Origin: a virus
Taxonomy: Duplodnaviria > Caudoviricetes
Virus record (IMG/VR): IMGVR_UViG_3300025000_000129
Location: 1 to 55,321 of that record
Length of the DNA: 55,321 nucleotides
Direction: 5' to 3' (one strand)
How positions within the stretch are numbered: position 1 is the stretch's first letter; the number at the start of each line of letters is the position of its first letter. The position numbers and the translations under genes are program-made. The notes beneath the pieces are model-generated. The model did not search any database and had not been told where the DNA came from. It saw only the letters and a program-made list of their open reading frames with translations. This document shows positions 18,810-27,352 of the stretch, in pieces.

Positions 18810-19555
18810 GCCTCATTTCCCCCAATCTTAATCAAATGACTTGCTTCCAAATCCGCCGCATGCAGCGCCACAATAGCCGGGTACAACTCCATTGCATTGC
18901 TCAAATCCCGGTAATCATCTTTGGCTATGTAACCGCCCATATGCCACCGGATCATTGCTATTTCCTGATCAGTAAGCTGTATAAATCTGAGAAGAGTAAT
19001 GACGCTCTTTTCGCCATGCCCGACAGGAAATGAATCCTTGACCGAATACACAACCGGTATTTCTGGGAAAGGTTCTCCTAGTTTATTCTTTAGCCAATCA
19101 ATCAAAATCGTTGCAATTGCAGCTGGGACAGATCTCTTGAATTGCCCATCTTCAAGATACTTTAAAAGCGTCTCGGGCTTTTCTTTGATTGAACCGCTTT
19201 TCTGTGTCCAGAGGCTGCTAAGATAATCATATTGAGCCTTGCTGCACGGTTCGCCGCCTTCTTGGTAAAACCCTACCTTGCAGAGGTCATGACATAAAGC
19301 AGTAATTGCAATAGCTTCCTCCGACAATCCCAGACTGTAATACCTGTTCTTTTCCGTCAGTACATACCACACATGAAGCGAATGTTCAGCCAGCCCGCCA
19401 TCATATGCCCCGTGATACTTTGTAGATGCAGGAGCGGTGAAGAAATCGGAATCACTTAAAAAGGTTATTAAGCTTTCAATCTCTGCCCGGCCGGTATTTC
19501 TCAATATGTCGATAATCTGGGTCTTTTGGTCTTGAATTTGTTCAGCTGTTAACAT
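18806..19555 (-). CDS. HD-domain phosphohydrolase
   Basis: FFTAPASTKYHGAY.GGLAEHSL, ALCHDLCK, GHGEKS, IRWHMG, LHAAD. Confidence 0.9.
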   Translation of the reverse strand: MLTAEQIQDQKTQIIDILRNTGRAEIESLITFLSDSDFFTAPASTKYHGAYDGGLAEHSLHVWYVLTEKNRYYSLGLSEEAIAITALCHDLCKVGFYQEGGEPCSKAQYDYLSSLWTQKSGSIKEKPETLLKYLEDGQFKRSVPAAIATILIDWLKNKLGEPFPEIPVVYSVKDSFPVGHGEKSVITLLRFIQLTDQEIAMIRWHMGGYIAKDDYRDLSNAMELYPAIVALHAADLEASHLIKIGGNEA

Positions 19556-19558
19556 TGC

Positions 19559-20515
19559 CTACTTCCCGCCCTTCTTTGCCGCTGCCCTCGCTACCTGCTG
19601 ACATTTCGTACAAGCGATGACCCCAAACTCCGCCCTGCTCTTATCCGCGACATTTTTCGATACCTCGGCATTACAATCCGGATTGCTGCAATGGTACTTT
19701 TCTTCCTCCGGCGGATTATCCCAGGGTTTACCCTGCTCTTCCGGCTGTTCTGCTTCATAGTCATTGTCAATTATTTCACCTGTGGACATATCCACATCGC
19801 TGCGCCCTTCCGGTAATGCCTGCTGCGGAGCATTCAACATCAACCCACTGCCATACAACAAATTCGAACTTGCTATAGCCCCCGCAATCAATGCCTTTTT
19901 AACATCAGCATCCCGGGCATCTAGCACCGGGTAAATCACGATAAATGGCTTTTCCAGTTCTGCTAAACTGTAAGCACTCTTTATACTGAGTCCCTTTCGT
20001 ATACACCTACTAAGTGCCTTACTCTCCGCATGTTCATAAGCAAAAGCCTTTGTCTGCTTGATTTGCCCCTCTGAGGCATTGCCCATATTAGAGAAGTCCA
20101 GTTCCCTTGTAGCCTGTACCAATCTCCACCCTCCCGACAGTTCCGGGAACTTCACAATAATTCTGCAGGCTACATTTGCACTAGCAGGACAGCTTCCACA
20201 CTGCGGCGCTGTTCTGGTAGCCTTAACAATATCAATGCACTTGTCGCAGACTTTGGAGCGTACCCGGGATGAATCCACAATCTGACCATTAGCAGCTGTA
20301 AACAGCTTCATCAACGCCTTGTGGGTTAAAGCATACATTCCCTGTCCTGCACTCTTTTCCTGGTATATATCCTTGTCTGGTAGATTTGTGGACACCTTGA
20401 CCTGGTTAATTACCAATCTGTATATTGGATTGACTTCCTGAATTGACTGCACCGGCACCAGCAAATTGTATTGCTCCGGATTGAAGTCGTTTAAAATGTT
20501 ATAGCTCTGTTCCAT
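19559..20515 (-). CDS. Hypothetical protein, possible single-strand annealing/recombination protein with C-terminal Zn finger
   Basis: Position before HD/SbcCD; AESKA..R.IR motif; acidic linker 'VDMSTGEII' typical of phage SSAPs (inference). Confidence 0.45.
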   Translation of the reverse strand: MEQSYNILNDFNPEQYNLLVPVQSIQEVNPIYRLVINQVKVSTNLPDKDIYQEKSAGQGMYALTHKALMKLFTAANGQIVDSSRVRSKVCDKCIDIVKATRTAPQCGSCPASANVACRIIVKFPELSGGWRLVQATRELDFSNMGNASEGQIKQTKAFAYEHAESKALSRCIRKGLSIKSAYSLAELEKPFIVIYPVLDARDADVKKALIAGAIASSNLLYGSGLMLNAPQQALPEGRSDVDMSTGEIIDNDYEAEQPEEQGKPWDNPPEEEKYHCSNPDCNAEVSKNVADKSRAEFGVIACTKCQQVARAAAKKGGK

Positions 20516-20585
20516 TTGCTTTTTAACCCCTCTCATGTTATAGTGAAATTAGATATTTTTTCTTAGCCCCTTACCGGGCTTTTTC
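20516..20585 (+). ncRNA. Antisense sigma-A promoter overlapping an RBS, plus terminator; predicted ~35-nt sRNA
   Basis: TTGCTT(20516)-17bp-TATAGT(20539) with extended TG; hairpin AGCCC..GGGCT plus T-run at 20566-20585. Confidence 0.5.
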
Positions 20586-20738
20586 TTTTAGGTTCTCATT
20601 TTCTGCGGTCAGTTCTTGAATCTGGTTCTGCAGTGACAGTATGTAATCTTTTATTAGTGTGGATGATGATTCAATCAATGCTTCCACAGATTCAATGCTG
20701 TCAACGTAATCATTTGTTTTGAATAATGGGTGTGGCAT
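20571..20738 (-). CDS. Small coiled-coil hypothetical protein
   Basis: MPHPLFK start after AGGTGA RBS. Confidence 0.5.
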   Translation of the reverse strand: MPHPLFKTNDYVDSIESVEALIESSSTLIKDYILSLQNQIQELTAENENLKEKAR

Positions 20739-20739
20739 A

Positions 20740-20973
20740 TTAAGACTCACCTTCTTCAAAACTTTCGAAGCTTTTGCAGTCAAACAGTTCAAGTTTATTC
20801 TGCATTCCAACTTTCGCTTCCACTGTGGGCAAAACAATTTCACCCGGATTCTCGCAATAACCAGTTTCCACATCGTGGTGTTTACAGCAATCCCAATCGC
20901 ATTTAACCTTTGACACCTTCAACACTTCCCTTCTCTGTGCGCCTTCCTTAGTCCGTCCCTGCAAGCCCCGCAA
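20740..20973 (-). CDS. Small Cys-rich hypothetical protein
   Basis: ORF track. Confidence 0.5.
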   Translation of the reverse strand: MRGLQGRTKEGAQRREVLKVSKVKCDWDCCKHHDVETGYCENPGEIVLPTVEAKVGMQNKLELFDCKSFESFEEGES

Positions 20974-21182
20974 ATCTGTTTCCCGCCAAACGGCTTCAAA
21001 TCATCCGTACCGCCGCAAAATTCGCATTTCGTCTGAAACTTCCTTAAGATAATGTTTTCGCCGTCAACGAATATCTCCAGCCTGTCCACATCCTCAACGA
21101 TATTAAGTGACTTCCTCAGTTCCTTCGGTAATACTACTCTGCCCAGTTCATCTACTGGTCTTGTCATGCCTGTTGCTTTCAT
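20919..21182 (-). CDS. abrB: AbrB/MazE/SpoVT-family regulator with C-terminal Zn ribbon
   Basis: MKATGMTRPVDELGRVVLPKELRKSL...CEFCG...ICGAC. Confidence 0.92.
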   Translation of the reverse strand: MKATGMTRPVDELGRVVLPKELRKSLNIVEDVDRLEIFVDGENIILRKFQTKCEFCGGTDDLKPFGGKQICGACRDGLRKAHREGKC

Positions 21183-21196
21183 AATTCAATCCCCTC

Positions 21197-21388
21197 TCAT
21201 AATTTAATATTAATATGCCTCTCCGTGCTCCCCAGCGGCTTTGCCGCCTCCCGCTTTTTCTTCTCGTCCCACCTGTCAAGTGCCCCATTGACTATGTACA
21301 GGATGTACCCTGCCCCTCCGCCTATCATCATGCACAGGATTGTGATGACAAGCACTCTGATAAACGGGTGTAAATCGTGTAAAATCAT
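21197..21388 (-). CDS. Small membrane protein
   Basis: One hydrophobic helix; RBS. Confidence 0.6.
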   Translation of the reverse strand: MILHDLHPFIRVLVITILCMMIGGGAGYILYIVNGALDRWDEKKKREAAKPLGSTERHINIKL

Positions 21389-21508
21389 GGTGCGACCTCT
21401 CTATCCATTCGGCGGAACTTCTGACGGCAATTACGTTCATCCTTATGTTTCCATAGCCATTTCACACAGTGAAAGTAATATTTGATTAGCTTCATTTTGA
21501 CCCCCTCC

Positions 21509-21808
21509 TTACGCGTACATCTTGACAGGATGCCGCAAATTGTACTGGTATACTGCTCTGCGTTTCGGCTTGCTGAGTTTGGCGAGTTTGGTTGCTTTCC
21601 TGCGGCGTTCAATAGCGGCTTTCTTAATTGGATCTTTTGGATTGCGAATGCCAGGAATGATTTTGCATCCCTCAAACTTGCTGGAGTGAATCGGATTTGC
21701 ATACCTGTTCCCGGCTGCTGACATTGCGAAGATTGCGGCGATTAAACTTTTTATGCCTGATTTGCCTTGACCTGCGTGACCTACTGTACCTATGTTTGGT
21801 TTGTTCAT
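21509..21808 (-). CDS. Hypothetical basic protein
   Basis: MNKPNIG start with strong AGGAGGGG RBS; trimmed from ORF 21509..21931. Confidence 0.55.
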   Translation of the reverse strand: MNKPNIGTVGHAGQGKSGIKSLIAAIFAMSAAGNRYANPIHSSKFEGCKIIPGIRNPKDPIKKAAIERRRKATKLAKLSKPKRRAVYQYNLRHPVKMYA

Positions 21809-21846
21809 ACTCTTAACCCCTCCTATAAATTTATTAGCCTTTCGGC

Positions 21847-21910
21847 TGGTGGGGATGCTGGATTTGAACCAGTCCACGCCGCATTGTGCCGCGCTGTGCC
21901 TACTTCCCCA
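21847..21910 (-). ncRNA. Truncated tRNA-like element
   Basis: GGGGA...TCCCC acceptor-like stem, CTGG-TTCAAAT-CCAG T-arm, terminal ACCA; no canonical D-arm; 64 nt. Confidence 0.6.
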
Positions 21911-22000
21911 TGTAAAGCGGGCAAACCTCATTGATTAGCCCGCTTGTGTTATAATTTAATTTGCTGCTAGTACCGTATCGTGGACTAGTCCGGCACCTCG

Positions 22001-22138
22001 CTAGACAAAGCCGCTTAGGTATCCGGTAACCGTTGAGTTGTGTACCACTCCTGCCCGATCATCTGCTTTCAATCGGTACAGCGGTATCAGACGATATGAC
22101 AGTAATTCATACCAGGCATATCCTACAATTGGTTCCAT
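22001..22138 (-). CDS. 45-aa small ORF, not in ORF track
   Basis: MEPIVGYAWYELLSYRLIPLY...; GAAAGGGG RBS. Confidence 0.45.
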   Translation of the reverse strand: MEPIVGYAWYELLSYRLIPLYRLKADDRAGVVHNSTVTGYLSGFV

Positions 22139-22441
22139 CGTGCTTCCCCTTTCATATAAACTTAGTTAAACTTTGTCTTTTGTGCTGCTTAGAGGTTACA
22201 AATGAAAAATAGAATAATTATCAGCCCGCTTTATTTGCCGGGCGCATGGGCATCACTTCCCTTCCTGCCCTATATCCACTATCCGCCCATTCCGGACGGT
22301 AAAATATGTGCCTGTTAGCCTGTACCAGGTTGCGAACCAGCGTATGTCGGTTTGCTCATTTAAAACTTTCGATTTTTCAAGTGGCATGTGATAATCTCCT
22401 TTGTGATGGTCTTAACCATTTCGTTGATGTCAACAATATGG

Positions 22442-22465
22442 TGCGGAATATCTTTTTATTACGCA
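22442..22465 (-). repeat. Putative recombinase site, 3' class: TGCGTAAT-AAAAAGAT-ATTCCGCA
   Basis: Immediately after the TAA of the PAPS-reductase gene; arms 7/8 inverted. Confidence 0.75.
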
Positions 22466-23599
22466 TTAACCCAATAAACTCATTTGACCTCTGATCTGGT
22501 CTTCGAATTCGCGCCGATGTTCGGCTTCCTTTTTCTGTTGTTTCAGCTTCTTGTACTCGTTATACTTCTGACGGTATCTATAGCTGTCACCGAAAACGTT
22601 CCAAGCAGCCTTTACTAAATTCGGCTCAAATGGACGTATTTTCTCCAAATCCTCTACTGCTCTTGCTGATATAGAGCAACCACAGCAGCCTGTCCGCTTA
22701 AGTCCATATACCTCATATGCATCTGAATATCTAATGTTGTAATAGTCTTTGTACCATTGCTTGTCAGCATCTGACACGTAATATAGTGGCCTAAGTCTAA
22801 ATTGTCCGTCAGCTGTTTCCGAGAAGCACATAGACGTACTGTCTTTACGTGGTACAGACCGCATTCCACCTTCGTCCCTGCGTTCGCCTGTGATTACCAT
22901 ATCAAAATCCTTTTGTGCTGCATGAGCCACATGTTTTTTACAGTAATCACAGCACTTGTTACTAACCTTAAAGGGGATTGGATTTTCTTTGATAAAGTCC
23001 AGCATATATTTTGAGGAGTTTATAACCAGTTGAATATCAGGTCTTGGTTCTCCCTTGGAATTGCAGCAGCATAGGAAATTAATCGTTGTTTCGCATCCCG
23101 GATATCGTTTTTTAAGTTCAGCGCGTTTTGCCGCCTTATCCTCTGCATTTGCGTATTCATCAGCTATTGTCAGTGGAATATTTTTCTTTTGCACTCCCTC
23201 CAACCCAGCCGACATAATCTTTGATACAAAAGGCTGTCCATGTTCCCTTGTGGCAAGCACAATGTTCTTTTTTGGTTTATGCTCGGTAATTGTAATTCCG
23301 TATAGCTCTTCCATCTTGCTTACATGACGCTTTATTGCTTCCATCTCCAATCCGGTGTTAAAAAAACAGTATTGTACCTGTGGAAGATTAAATGTTTTAC
23401 GTGCTGTTTCAATGAGATGCAGCATAATGTCGCTATCGCTGCCGCCAGAATAAGAGCAAATCGCATTCGGATATTCAATCAACCTTTTGGCTATGATGCT
23501 TTTTATTGCCTCAAATTTGCGCGGCGCTTCAAAATCTGCGTACGGTGGTCTGTCTGTGTATACTCTACTTTTAAATTCTGTGTTCTTATTGGATCCCAT
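22466..23599 (-). CDS. Phosphoadenosine phosphosulfate (PAPS) reductase-family protein (cassette C1)
   Basis: SYSGGSDS PP-loop, FNTGLE, KCC..KK, GERRDEGG.R, RTGCCGC. Confidence 0.88.
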   Translation of the reverse strand: MGSNKNTEFKSRVYTDRPPYADFEAPRKFEAIKSIIAKRLIEYPNAICSYSGGSDSDIMLHLIETARKTFNLPQVQYCFFNTGLEMEAIKRHVSKMEELYGITITEHKPKKNIVLATREHGQPFVSKIMSAGLEGVQKKNIPLTIADEYANAEDKAAKRAELKKRYPGCETTINFLCCCNSKGEPRPDIQLVINSSKYMLDFIKENPIPFKVSNKCCDYCKKHVAHAAQKDFDMVITGERRDEGGMRSVPRKDSTSMCFSETADGQFRLRPLYYVSDADKQWYKDYYNIRYSDAYEVYGLKRTGCCGCSISARAVEDLEKIRPFEPNLVKAAWNVFGDSYRYRQKYNEYKKLKQQKKEAEHRREFEDQIRGQMSLLG

Positions 23600-23618
23600 A
23601 CCAAACCTCACTTTTTAT

Positions 23619-23659
23619 TGTGCAATATTTATAAATTTGGATTTTCTTGTTATTACAAA
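23619..23659 (-). repeat. Compound putative recombinase site (3' TTTGTAAT-AACAAGAA-AATCCAAA overlapping 5' ATCCAAAT-TTATAAAT-ATTGCACA)
   Basis: Fills the gap between the TAG of 23660..24214 and the RBS of the PAPS gene. Confidence 0.7.
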
Positions 23660-24214
23660 CTAAACAATATCCCAGTCAGTCTTCTCAAGTATTTCAAAAA
23701 GCTTTGAAACTTGCGGGCTTCTCCATGCCGTCATTGCGTAAGAATGAACTGTATCGTTATAGTGGTGCTTATTGTTTTGAATATGCTCTTTACACTCTCT
23801 ATTAGTGAGAAACATTGTATCTTGTACTATCTCTTCTCTGTTTCTGTAATTGCAGATTGAATATTGTCCAGAAGCGTATTCTTCAAGAAAGTCTTTGATT
23901 TCTGAAATGTCTGTTATAAAATATTCGTTTCCATCTTCGCAGAATATTTCAAGAAAACCGTTGTGGCATTCGCATTTTGTAATTATGTCAAACTCTTTCT
24001 TTATCCAGTCTGCTATATTTTCTATAACCCCTTCAAATACGCTTTCGGCTGCACTGGTATCATAAATGCAAATGCCATCTATGTTATCATCAACCCAATA
24101 ATCTTTAACGGTTTGCATAACTACCCAAAACCTTGGATTTGCTTGGCATACAGTATCTTGGGTTATCATTTCGTGTTGCAAGTTTTTTAAAAATTCTTTG
24201 TCTTCCTGATTCAT
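23660..24214 (-). CDS. Hypothetical phage protein (cassette C2)
   Basis: QD...QA.PRFWV...MFLT..E.K.HI..N.HHY....HSYAMTAWRSP conserved-looking phage family. Confidence 0.8.
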   Translation of the reverse strand: MNQEDKEFLKNLQHEMITQDTVCQANPRFWVVMQTVKDYWVDDNIDGICIYDTSAAESVFEGVIENIADWIKKEFDIITKCECHNGFLEIFCEDGNEYFITDISEIKDFLEEYASGQYSICNYRNREEIVQDTMFLTNRECKEHIQNNKHHYNDTVHSYAMTAWRSPQVSKLFEILEKTDWDIV

Positions 24215-24231
24215 AAAATCATTCCTTTCAT

Positions 24232-24255
24232 TTCGCCCTCTTTATAAACTCCGTC
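24232..24255 (-). repeat. Putative recombinase site, 5' class: GACGGAGT-TTATAAAG-AGGGCGAA
   Basis: Between the TAG of 24256..24801 and the RBS of 23660..24214. Confidence 0.6.
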
Positions 24256-24801
24256 CTACTCCACCTCCCACACTTCCAGCCATACCCTTCCAAACTCATT
24301 GCAACTTTTAGCACTTTTCATGTACAAATCCAACCGCCCCTCTGTAATGTCCTTACCGCAATCCATCACCGTGAAAACTCTGTCAAAGTAGGGGATATAC
24401 AACCGTGTGCCTATCGGATACTCTTTCAGCCATGCCGCAACATATCCGTTCTGCACATACTTACCTGATGCTGTTATGCCATATGTGGGGTCGCTCGGCT
24501 TCTTGCTGCAGGAACCTTCCCAATAGGCGGTACATTCCATTATGCGGCGGTTGCGCTCTGTACCTCTGCTTGTCTTGTCCTGTCCAAGCCGTTCCTGTGC
24601 CTCTTTTAACTGTGCCGATAATTCATCAACTTGCTTCATATACTGCCAGCATTTGGCGTGCAGGCTGTCTAGTTCGGTCTGTAGCGTGGTGTTTTGCTGT
24701 TGTGCGGCGTATAGTTCGTTTTCTGTTGTGATTAGGCTTATAAAAGTGTATAGGGTGACGATTAGGGCGATTATGTAAACAAATATTAATTTAGGTTTCA
24801 T
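24256..24801 (-). CDS. Membrane-anchored coiled-coil plus 3D (Asp-Asp-Asp) domain lytic-transglycosylase-like protein
   Basis: N-terminal TM; TAY...YGITASG...P.GT...V.DCG...RLDLY. Confidence 0.85.
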   Translation of the reverse strand: MKPKLIFVYIIALIVTLYTFISLITTENELYAAQQQNTTLQTELDSLHAKCWQYMKQVDELSAQLKEAQERLGQDKTSRGTERNRRIMECTAYWEGSCSKKPSDPTYGITASGKYVQNGYVAAWLKEYPIGTRLYIPYFDRVFTVMDCGKDITEGRLDLYMKSAKSCNEFGRVWLEVWEVE

Positions 24802-26533
24802 TGGGTGCCTCCAATACTTCTTTTATCCCTTCCAGCACATACTCCGGGCAGCATACCGCAACAGAGTTGCCAGCGGCTTTATAGCGCGGACTGTCTTTCA
24901 CCCTAATAGTTTGTACCCTGCCCTTTTTATTAGTGACCTGCCAGGTTATATCTGTCCATCCGTCCGGGTAGTCTTGAAGTCTTTCGCATTCTAGTGGAGT
25001 AAGTCTGCGGACTGAATAACCCACTCTGACCGGGTTTTGATAATTGAGCGATTGACCACCATTTTCTTTACTCTGGAGCGTTCCGGATAAATCGGCGTTC
25101 TCGTACATGTTCCGGCAATCTACAGCACACACCAAATTATAATGTTCATCCCCTGCCGGTCCTCCTGTACCTTTTGCCCATTTGCTGGATACTGTTCCCG
25201 CTATCCCGGAAGGCTGGCAGTTGATTTGCTGTTTTTCAACAATAGCTGGTACGTGCGCCGTAGAGCATAATGGGTGGCATGGATCCCCATACTTTGGGTT
25301 ATTACCGTTCTGCGGGCTAGTTATCTGAGTTGTGTCAAAAGGTAAAATAGATTGAACTACCGCCATACCTCCCTGATTACACGCTGGACTCCCTCCGTTT
25401 TGGTCAAGTGTTCTGCTTGTTTCGGCTTCGTATATGCCACTGTAGGGATTGCTTGACTTCATGCTGTTTGAAGCATCTGAGCATATGCCATAAGCTACTG
25501 CCGGCGTAACATCCTTCCTGAGTGTCGGACTTATTTCTTCCTCATAACCAATGCCTCTTGTTTTTGCTGATTGTTCCGGACAGAATCCAGCCGATTGAAT
25601 GAGGTATAATCCTGTTTTTGCTCCACCGCCTCCGCCTGTTCCTTTAAGTGTTACGGATACAGAAGGATTTATTTCAATTCTGTCTGATGTTCTTCCGAAA
25701 TCGAATGTGCTTGTCATTACGTGTGTTTCTGCACCACTTCTTAGCGTAGGACTTAATTCCTCAGAAGGACATAAATTCAAGGTTGCTGAGTTCTTTCCTG
25801 AAAACCCGATTGCCTTTCCAACGCCTCTTTCAGCATCCCCGGCAATTCCTTCCCTCGCTTCTCTGCCCTCCGCAAGATGCCTTGACAAGCCTTCGCGCTT
25901 AAAAAGTATTTCGGGTGCGGATTGTCCTCCAAAATCTGCGACAAGGAAGATTCTACGGCGTCTTTGGGGGACTCCCCAGTATTGAGCATCCAAGATGCGC
26001 CAGGCAATGCTGTAACCGTTTCCCATGATGCAGCCGCTAGTATTCCATTTATCTTTCGGAGGTCGAGGTATTGTAACGGTTTCATCTGCAATCCTGGCTG
26101 TTTCTTCGAGGACTGCCCGGAAATCTTCGCCTTTGTTGCTGCTGAATGCTCCGGGGACGTTTTCCCACACCATAAATCGAGGCCGAATATCGTTGCCTGT
26201 TCTGCCATTGCTCTTGTCAATTTCTCTCAACTCCCTCACAATTCGTATCTGTTCCATGAATAGCCCTGACCGTTCCCCCGCTAATCCTGCTCGTTTCCCA
26301 GCTACTGATAAGTCCTGACATGGACTACCGCCGGTTATAATGTCCACAGGCTCAAGGCTACTGCAATCTATCTTTGTAATGTCACCTACTTGCTTCATGT
26401 CCGGGAATCGAATAGCTGATACTTTTAATGGAAACGGTTCTATTTCGCTTGACCATATAGCTTTCATGCCGTTTCGCTGTCCTGCAAGCGGAAAGCCGGA
26501 TATGCCGTCAAACAGGCTTGCTAATGTTATCAT
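24791..26533 (-). CDS. C5-cytosine DNA methyltransferase with long variable region
   Basis: SLFDGISG (I), GGSPCQD (IV), WENVPG (VI), PQRRRRIF (VIII), RRLTPLECERLQ (IX), GNSV (X). Confidence 0.95.
   Translation of the reverse strand: MITLASLFDGISGFPLAGQRNGMKAIWSSEIEPFPLKVSAIRFPDMKQVGDITKIDCSSLEPVDIITGGSPCQDLSVAGKRAGLAGERSGLFMEQIRIVRELREIDKSNGRTGNDIRPRFMVWENVPGAFSSNKGEDFRAVLEETARIADETVTIPRPPKDKWNTSGCIMGNGYSIAWRILDAQYWGVPQRRRRIFLVADFGGQSAPEILFKREGLSRHLAEGREAREGIAGDAERGVGKAIGFSGKNSATLNLCPSEELSPTLRSGAETHVMTSTFDFGRTSDRIEINPSVSVTLKGTGGGGGAKTGLYLIQSAGFCPEQSAKTRGIGYEEEISPTLRKDVTPAVAYGICSDASNSMKSSNPYSGIYEAETSRTLDQNGGSPACNQGGMAVVQSILPFDTTQITSPQNGNNPKYGDPCHPLCSTAHVPAIVEKQQINCQPSGIAGTVSSKWAKGTGGPAGDEHYNLVCAVDCRNMYENADLSGTLQSKENGGQSLNYQNPVRVGYSVRRLTPLECERLQDYPDGWTDITWQVTNKKGRVQTIRVKDSPRYKAAGNSVAVCCPEYVLEGIKEVLEAPNET
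25777..26220 (-). CDS. Nested alternative-frame ORF within the C5 MTase (putative small subunit)
   Basis: 147 codons open in another frame; C-terminus SLSQILE..P.PKYFLS.KAC.GILRRA..RGK.LP resembles the post-motif-VIII segment of C5 MTases. Confidence 0.6.
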   Translation of the reverse strand: MTRAMAEQATIFGLDLWCGKTSPEHSAATKAKISGQSSKKQPGLQMKPLQYLDLRKINGILAAASWETVTALPGASWMLNTGESPKDAVESSLSQILEDNPHPKYFLSAKACQGILRRAEKRGKELPGMLKEALERQSGFQERTQQP

Positions 26534-26595
26534 ATAATCTGCCTCCCCCTCCCTTATCTCCCCACACCGCAGCCCTGTCGGTGTCTCGGCGTGTT

Positions 26596-27351
26596 CTAAA
26601 ACATGCTGACTTGTGCCATTACTGCGTTTAACCTTGCTTGTGCTGCTTCGTAGTAGTCCTTGTCAATCTCAAAGCCTATGTAATTTCTTTTTGTGTTATA
26701 GCAAGCAACGGCAGTTGTTCCGCTGCCCATGCAATTATCTAAAACGATTTCGCCTTCGTTGGTATAGGTTTTTATGAGATATTCAAAGAGTGCTACAGGC
26801 TTTTGTGTTGGGTGCAAGGATGAGTTTTGGGTATCTGTCGAAAATACTTGTATGCTTCTCGGATACCTTTCTGTTGATTCATACAAATAATCATTCTTCA
26901 TTTCGCCATACACGTCCGTTTGTAAATGCTTAGCCCTGAATGATTTTTTTAAAATATGCCCTTGGGTTTTTTGAGGATTATATGTACATTGGTTTTTGTA
27001 GAAAACGCTTACAATTTCGTGGTTTCTCATTGGCTGCCGTTTCGCATTAAGAAAACCTGTTCCTTTAACCTTGTCCCAAATCCAATCATACTTGAACAGC
27101 TTGATATTGCTAAGCCTTAACATACTACTAAATGGTTCGCAACCAGTTAATACAATAGCGCCGTTTTCTTTTATAACTCTCTCGTACTGTTTCCATAGAG
27201 GTTCAAAAGGAATTATTGTATCCCATTTACATTGAGTAGTGCCGTAAGGAAGGTCACAGAGAATCATGTCAATACTGCAGGTTTTTATCTCCTTCATACC
27301 TTCCATGCAGTCCATGTTGTAAAGTTTGTTTAAATCCAACGCATTTATCAC
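26596..27351 (-). CDS. N6-A/N4-C DNA methyltransferase (beta class)
   Basis: DLPYG catalytic motif, HPTQKPV, VLDNCMGSGTT. Confidence 0.93.
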   Translation of the reverse strand: MINALDLNKLYNMDCMEGMKEIKTCSIDMILCDLPYGTTQCKWDTIIPFEPLWKQYERVIKENGAIVLTGCEPFSSMLRLSNIKLFKYDWIWDKVKGTGFLNAKRQPMRNHEIVSVFYKNQCTYNPQKTQGHILKKSFRAKHLQTDVYGEMKNDYLYESTERYPRSIQVFSTDTQNSSLHPTQKPVALFEYLIKTYTNEGEIVLDNCMGSGTTAVACYNTKRNYIGFEIDKDYYEAAQARLNAVMAQVSMF

Positions 27352-27352
27352 C

